Virus record (IMG/VR): IMGVR_UViG_3300044643_000328
Span: 54,184 to 74,183 of that record
Reading direction: 5' to 3' (one strand)
Source: an uncultured virus (IMG/VR IMGVR_UViG_3300044643_000328)
Taxonomy: Duplodnaviria; Heunggongvirae; Uroviricota; Caudoviricetes
Length of the DNA: 20,000 nt
Below the pieces are notes generated by a model that worked only from the letters and a program-made list of their open reading frames with translations, made no database searches and was not told the DNA's origin. Position 1 is the first letter of the stretch, and every line of letters begins with the position of its first letter. Shown piece after piece: positions 16,568-20,000 of the stretch. Made by a program: the position numbers and the translations under genes.

Positions 16568-17302
16568 TTAATGGAAATATACTTTCTTAGTCTCTTTCCA
16601 ATTGTATATATCTTGTAGTGTATCCAAATAATCTTCAGTTTTACTGAAGTCATGGAGCTCTTTACAACGCTTTGGTAGCTTTCTAAACAATCTATCTACG
16701 TTAAAATCTTTGTGATTCATCATTACAATAACTGATGATACAAAACCTTTACGGTTGTAGTTTTTGTAATAGACAGACATTCTTCTTAAAGTTTCAGCAA
16801 CTTCTTTAGCTTTGTTGTAGCTTTTAACTTTAAATCTACCTGATATAAAGACATCATGTGCATTACCACCAGCTGCACGTTGGTTACCCAACATAAGAAT
16901 AGCTGTACTATGTGGAAATTCTGAATAAGTACTACAGAATGTTCTGTATAATCTATAATCTGCTAAATTCTCATCAGTAGAGAAACTTTGTGCATAGTCT
17001 GCATAGTTCCATTTAGTAGCTGTAGCTTGTAGCTGAGCTATTTCTGATGTAGACATTGATTCATCATCTACGATGAATATTACAGGAATCTTTAGGTGTG
17101 CACATGCTTTTAAACGGTGTTGACCATCTAATACGTGCATTTTAGAATCTACTTTGATTGGGATTTTCTGACCCATTACTTCAAAGCTTTTAACCAACTT
17201 TTGTACGTTGGCTTGGTTAATTGGTCTATTGTCAGCTCTTGTCTTGAACTGAGAATAATTACTTGTTTGGAAGATGTTTCCAATTTTTTTTGAATCTTTC
17301 AT
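16568..17302 (-). CDS. ParB N-terminal/sulfiredoxin-like (DGQHR) domain protein
   Basis: NRPIN..NV.KL..S.....Q.IPIKVD....VLDGQHRLKAC. Confidence 0.8.
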   Translation of the reverse strand: MKDSKKIGNIFQTSNYSQFKTRADNRPINQANVQKLVKSFEVMGQKIPIKVDSKMHVLDGQHRLKACAHLKIPVIFIVDDESMSTSEIAQLQATATKWNYADYAQSFSTDENLADYRLYRTFCSTYSEFPHSTAILMLGNQRAAGGNAHDVFISGRFKVKSYNKAKEVAETLRRMSVYYKNYNRKGFVSSVIVMMNHKDFNVDRLFRKLPKRCKELHDFSKTEDYLDTLQDIYNWKETKKVYFH

Positions 17303-17338
17303 ATATTATTTTGTTAAGGAATAAACTGATGTTGGTTT

Positions 17339-17682
17339 AAAAGTCTATCTCAGGGTTCCATAGTTCTTATGGGTCTACGCTGTCCTTGGTCACGGCTAAT
17401 AAGTTATGTTTACTGTTCGTTTGACGGAGCTCTATCATCATGTCGTACTACTGAGTAAGGAAACTGTTCGCTTCACACTTGTCCTGGTAATTATGGTTAA
17501 TACGCTATGTAGCTCCTGAGATCAGACTTTTTTAAAGACTATTATTACAGGCCGATGCGGCTCGAAGAGCGTTGACTTACTCGGATCTATAATAATCAGT
17601 CAATGACTGGCGTGGAGACAAGGACTTAATCATATATTTGCATGTATGTACATCTAATATATGTGCACGTGTCCCACTTGCC
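17339..17682. ncRNA. Candidate structured RNA cluster B (three adjacent domains)
   Basis: A 16-bp bulged inverted repeat (17339-17354/17515-17531) and long hairpins at 17537-17601 and 17609-17682. Confidence 0.55.
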
Positions 17683-17691
17683 TTAAGGACT

Positions 17692-17979
17692 TTATTTTAA
17701 TATGATTGTCTTCCATGTTCTACCTTTTCCCATATACACTCTTTCTATAACACCTTTACTTTTGAGGGAATCAATACAACGCTTAATAGTGGATTCTGTA
17801 GTTTCTAATTCCGCAGTCATTCTACTCACACTAAGAATCAGTTCATTTGTAGAACTATTAGCGTATGTACATAGGTAAGAATAAAAACCTTTGTCTCTAA
17901 TAGAGATTTTAGGGTCTCTCATCACTGCATTAGATACCTGCCCAAACCCACCTTTTAATCTATAGTTACTAACTGCCAT
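17692..17979 (-). CDS. Winged helix-turn-helix protein (HTH_36/replication-initiator N-terminus-like)
   Basis: FGQVSNAVMRDPKIS...KG.Y.YL...A......SV..M..EL..TESTIKR.I..L..KGVIER. Start moved to MAVSN, downstream of the terminator. Confidence 0.8.
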   Translation of the reverse strand: MAVSNYRLKGGFGQVSNAVMRDPKISIRDKGFYSYLCTYANSSTNELILSVSRMTAELETTESTIKRCIDSLKSKGVIERVYMGKGRTWKTIILK

Positions 17980-18000
17980 AGTGATTTGATTGTAAGTAAT

Positions 18001-18033
18001 AAAAAAAAGAGAGCCTAAAATATAGACTCTCTT
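18001..18033 (-). terminator. Intrinsic terminator
   Basis: Minus strand aagagagucua-uauuu-uaggcucucuu followed by a U-run, just after the stop at 18046. Confidence 0.8.
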
Positions 18034-18045
18034 ATTTACCAACCC

Positions 18046-18657
18046 TTATTCATCATCCTTAGAAAATAATCCTGATAAAAGATCATTGATATCAAAATCT
18101 GAACCCTTTTGTTTAGAAGATGTAGTGTTGTTATCGTTTCTAACAAGTAATAAATACTTATCAAAATTATAACCACTCTTCTTAACCAAACCTATACGCT
18201 GCATGATGCTCTCTTTTGTAAATACTTCTACATCATCCTCATCAGCTTCTAAACCAGATTCTTCACGATCTTTTAATTCTTTAAGCTTCATAATACTCCT
18301 GATGATTTCCATCTTAATTCTCTCTTCACGTGACTCTGCATTTTCCACATTGGTATTTCTGTACACAGAATATACTTCTTTGGCCATACGCTGGTACATC
18401 ATGAAAGTTAACAAAGTGTATTCATACTCTACAGGATTAGTAATCATAGAAAGTAATCTTTGTAGATCACCTGTAACTGTACGAAACTCTTTTGGAATAT
18501 CATCTACATCATCAAATAACTCATCTGCTTGTAAAGAGTTACTAAATATTGCAAAGAATATACGTTCTCTACAAATGTTCTTGGTCTCATCACTGACACC
18601 TAATGCCAGATGAAAGTTATCTTCATCATGGTTAAAATTTCTATCTTTAAAAGACAT
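18046..18657 (-). CDS. Hypothetical acidic helical protein
   Basis: 203-aa ORF between two terminators. Confidence 0.8.
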   Translation of the reverse strand: MSFKDRNFNHDEDNFHLALGVSDETKNICRERIFFAIFSNSLQADELFDDVDDIPKEFRTVTGDLQRLLSMITNPVEYEYTLLTFMMYQRMAKEVYSVYRNTNVENAESREERIKMEIIRSIMKLKELKDREESGLEADEDDVEVFTKESIMQRIGLVKKSGYNFDKYLLLVRNDNNTTSSKQKGSDFDINDLLSGLFSKDDE

Positions 18658-18686
18658 AGTTATTTATATTTAATAGTTAATTAATT

Positions 18687-18717
18687 AAAAAAATAATCAG
18701 CTTAACGTACTGATTAT
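18687..18717 (-). terminator. Intrinsic terminator closing candidate RNA C
   Basis: Minus strand auaaucag-uacguuaag-cugauuau followed by a U-run. Confidence 0.75.
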
Positions 18718-18939
18718 GATTGGTGTTTCCTAATTCTAGACAGCTCAGCTGCTAGTGTCGGTATTGTATATACTACTAAAACATACTGACTAACATGAAG
18801 TTAATCAAAGCAGTAATTATTTTTCGTAAGCCCCCGTCACGACAGCCATATCATCTGTAGCAGCTCACGGTTGATCAGACCTGTTTTCAAGATTTGAGCA
18901 TGAGCGTGCCCTACTAGCTCCTGCTAGCTTCACCGTCTT
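18687..18939 (-). ncRNA. Candidate structured RNA C
   Basis: No ORF. Several stems with G-U pairs on the minus strand, and it ends in a terminator. Confidence 0.55.
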
Positions 18940-19149
18940 TTAAGTATGTAATGTAACATACTTAATATTATCACCCATAAGTACAGGTATATTAATAGAA
19001 CGTTTGTCTGCTAATACCGATACATTTAACTGGGTACACCATTGTTGAAACTCTGGTGTTACTATCATTGGCTCTCTACGAGAGATGTAAGTTAAGCCCA
19101 CTGTAACAGCAGGCTTAACGTTAAATAATATTTCTAATAACTTTTTCAT
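18940..19149 (-). CDS. Hypothetical protein
   Basis: 69-aa ORF that tiles the operon. Confidence 0.6.
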   Translation of the reverse strand: MKKLLEILFNVKPAVTVGLTYISRREPMIVTPEFQQWCTQLNVSVLADKRSINIPVLMGDNIKYVTLHT

Positions 19150-19158
19150 GTACTAGTT

Positions 19159-19389
19159 TTAATTGTCCATAAATTCAAAAACGTAGGTGTTTGTAAGTGT
19201 ATCATACACCACCATCATTTCTGTTGGTTTAGTTCTATCACGTGATATAGTCTCAGTGTTAAATTCCTCAGGTAGATCATAAGCAACCTGTTGTAATTTA
19301 TAATGCTTTAATACATTATAGTAAGAGACAGCTATACATAATAGAAGAACAGCTATTATAGCCACTGCAAATTTGTTTATACCTTTCAT
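19159..19389 (-). CDS. Small protein with N-terminal TM/signal segment
   Basis: Hydrophobic FAVAIIAVLLLCIAVSYY. Confidence 0.7.
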   Translation of the reverse strand: MKGINKFAVAIIAVLLLCIAVSYYNVLKHYKLQQVAYDLPEEFNTETISRDRTKPTEMMVVYDTLTNTYVFEFMDN

Positions 19390-19399
19390 AAGTTGTTAT

Positions 19400-19918
19400 T
19401 TAGAATGATTCTATCATAGGTAATAGTTCTGTGGCTTGTTTATAATCATCAGCCCAGATTTTATACCCGTTAATTGTCCATAAACATTTACCAGTTTCTA
19501 TATTAATTTCTTCTGGTATAGGATCCATAATATTATTCTCTTTTACAAAGTATTCAGGTTCTTCATCTAATGAATAAACCTCAGGTGTAATACCCCACTC
19601 TGATTCAGGATTAAGAACACACACTTGTACTTCTACATAACCGCTTCTAACCCAATTATTAGTTGGTGTAACTATATTATGTTTATGTAAAAAGTTTGTA
19701 ATGCCCTCATTCTCAGAGTAATCCTTGATTAAAACTTCATTAGGTTGAAGTAATACATCTGGTAAGTTTACACTTGCAGTCATGTAAGGTGTAGGACCAT
19801 AATCTGGATCCATTTCTAATAACTCAATTGCCGGACGTCCATTGTTATAATGACGTATGTTCACAGTCACTTGGATATCTTCACAAGTGAATGGATTAGT
19901 TAGTTTAAACTGTTTCAT
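19400..19918 (-). CDS. DUF4313-like protein
   Basis: Y.NG..AIEL....PY..ASVNL....NE..IKDYSENEG...FL....I......VRSGY. Start taken at MKQFKL. Confidence 0.6.
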   Translation of the reverse strand: MKQFKLTNPFTCEDIQVTVNIRHYNNGRPAIELLEMDPDYGPTPYMTASVNLPDVLLQPNEVLIKDYSENEGITNFLHKHNIVTPTNNWVRSGYVEVQVCVLNPESEWGITPEVYSLDEEPEYFVKENNIMDPIPEEINIETGKCLWTINGYKIWADDYKQATELLPMIESF

Positions 19919-20000
19919 GTTAAATGAATTTTGTGGGTGGAAAATTATCTTACTACTACCGTACAACGATAGTATTTAGGTGGATGCTGTGGGTTATAAA

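Noticed and set aside
17633..17640. Second TATATTTG promoter-like motif on +
   Set aside because: It forms part of a hairpin arm and has no + strand gene downstream. An antisense promoter is not excluded.
17980..18042. N-terminal extension of the HTH ORF
   Set aside because: Runs through the terminator at 18001-18033.
625..18613. Other nested or antisense ORFs in the track (e.g. 625-864, 1254-1511, 1616-1810, 6780-7136, 8822-9124, 18203-18613)
   Set aside because: They lie within or across well-supported genes and show no motifs.
18720..18840. tmRNA/tRNA-like hints in RNA C (GGGGGCU, an NNY-coding stretch, CACCA before the terminator)
   Set aside because: No T-arm (GUUCRA), no full acceptor stem and no ALAA-type tag.
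16350..18939. Hammerhead or hairpin ribozyme cores (CUGA, GAAA, UGAAG, GUC, GUAUAUA fragments)
   Set aside because: I could not assemble the required helices around the fragments by eye, so these remain unclassified RNAs.
1..20000. CRISPR array, tRNAs, IS elements, stop-codon reassignment
   Set aside because: No repeat-spacer pattern, cloverleaf or transposase was seen. Genes tile fully under the standard code, with TAA, TAG and TGA all used as stops.

Overview
AT-rich, densely coding window that reads like part of a large dsDNA phage infecting a Bacteroidota host. Evidence: no obvious Shine-Dalgarno motifs, a TAnnTTTG promoter motif, Gln directly after predicted signal-peptide cleavage sites, and phage-type genes. 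No virion or terminase gene is in the window, so phage origin is inferred. Two convergent blocks meet at ~6600. The + block (137-6609) is a tightly coupled cluster of 8 envelope or exported proteins: two CsgG/HfaB-like paralogs, a cohesin/dockerin-like secreted protein, a lipoprotein resembling a stand-alone T9SS C-terminal domain, three small membrane proteins and a Ser/Ala-linker outer-membrane beta-barrel candidate. It is a candidate undescribed surface-display or outer-membrane module. The - block (6599-19918) carries a VWA + MoxR/RavA-type AAA ATPase pair, uracil-DNA glycosylase, NinB-like, SF2 helicase, HNH, ParB-N/DGQHR, HTH and DUF4313-like genes, plus many hypotheticals and intrinsic terminators. 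Three 250-350 nt intergenic gaps (16305-16567, 17339-17682, 18687-18939) are visibly GC-richer, extensively self-complementary and share short motifs, which makes them candidate novel structured ncRNAs. All calls come from reading motifs by eye; no searches or folding programs were run.
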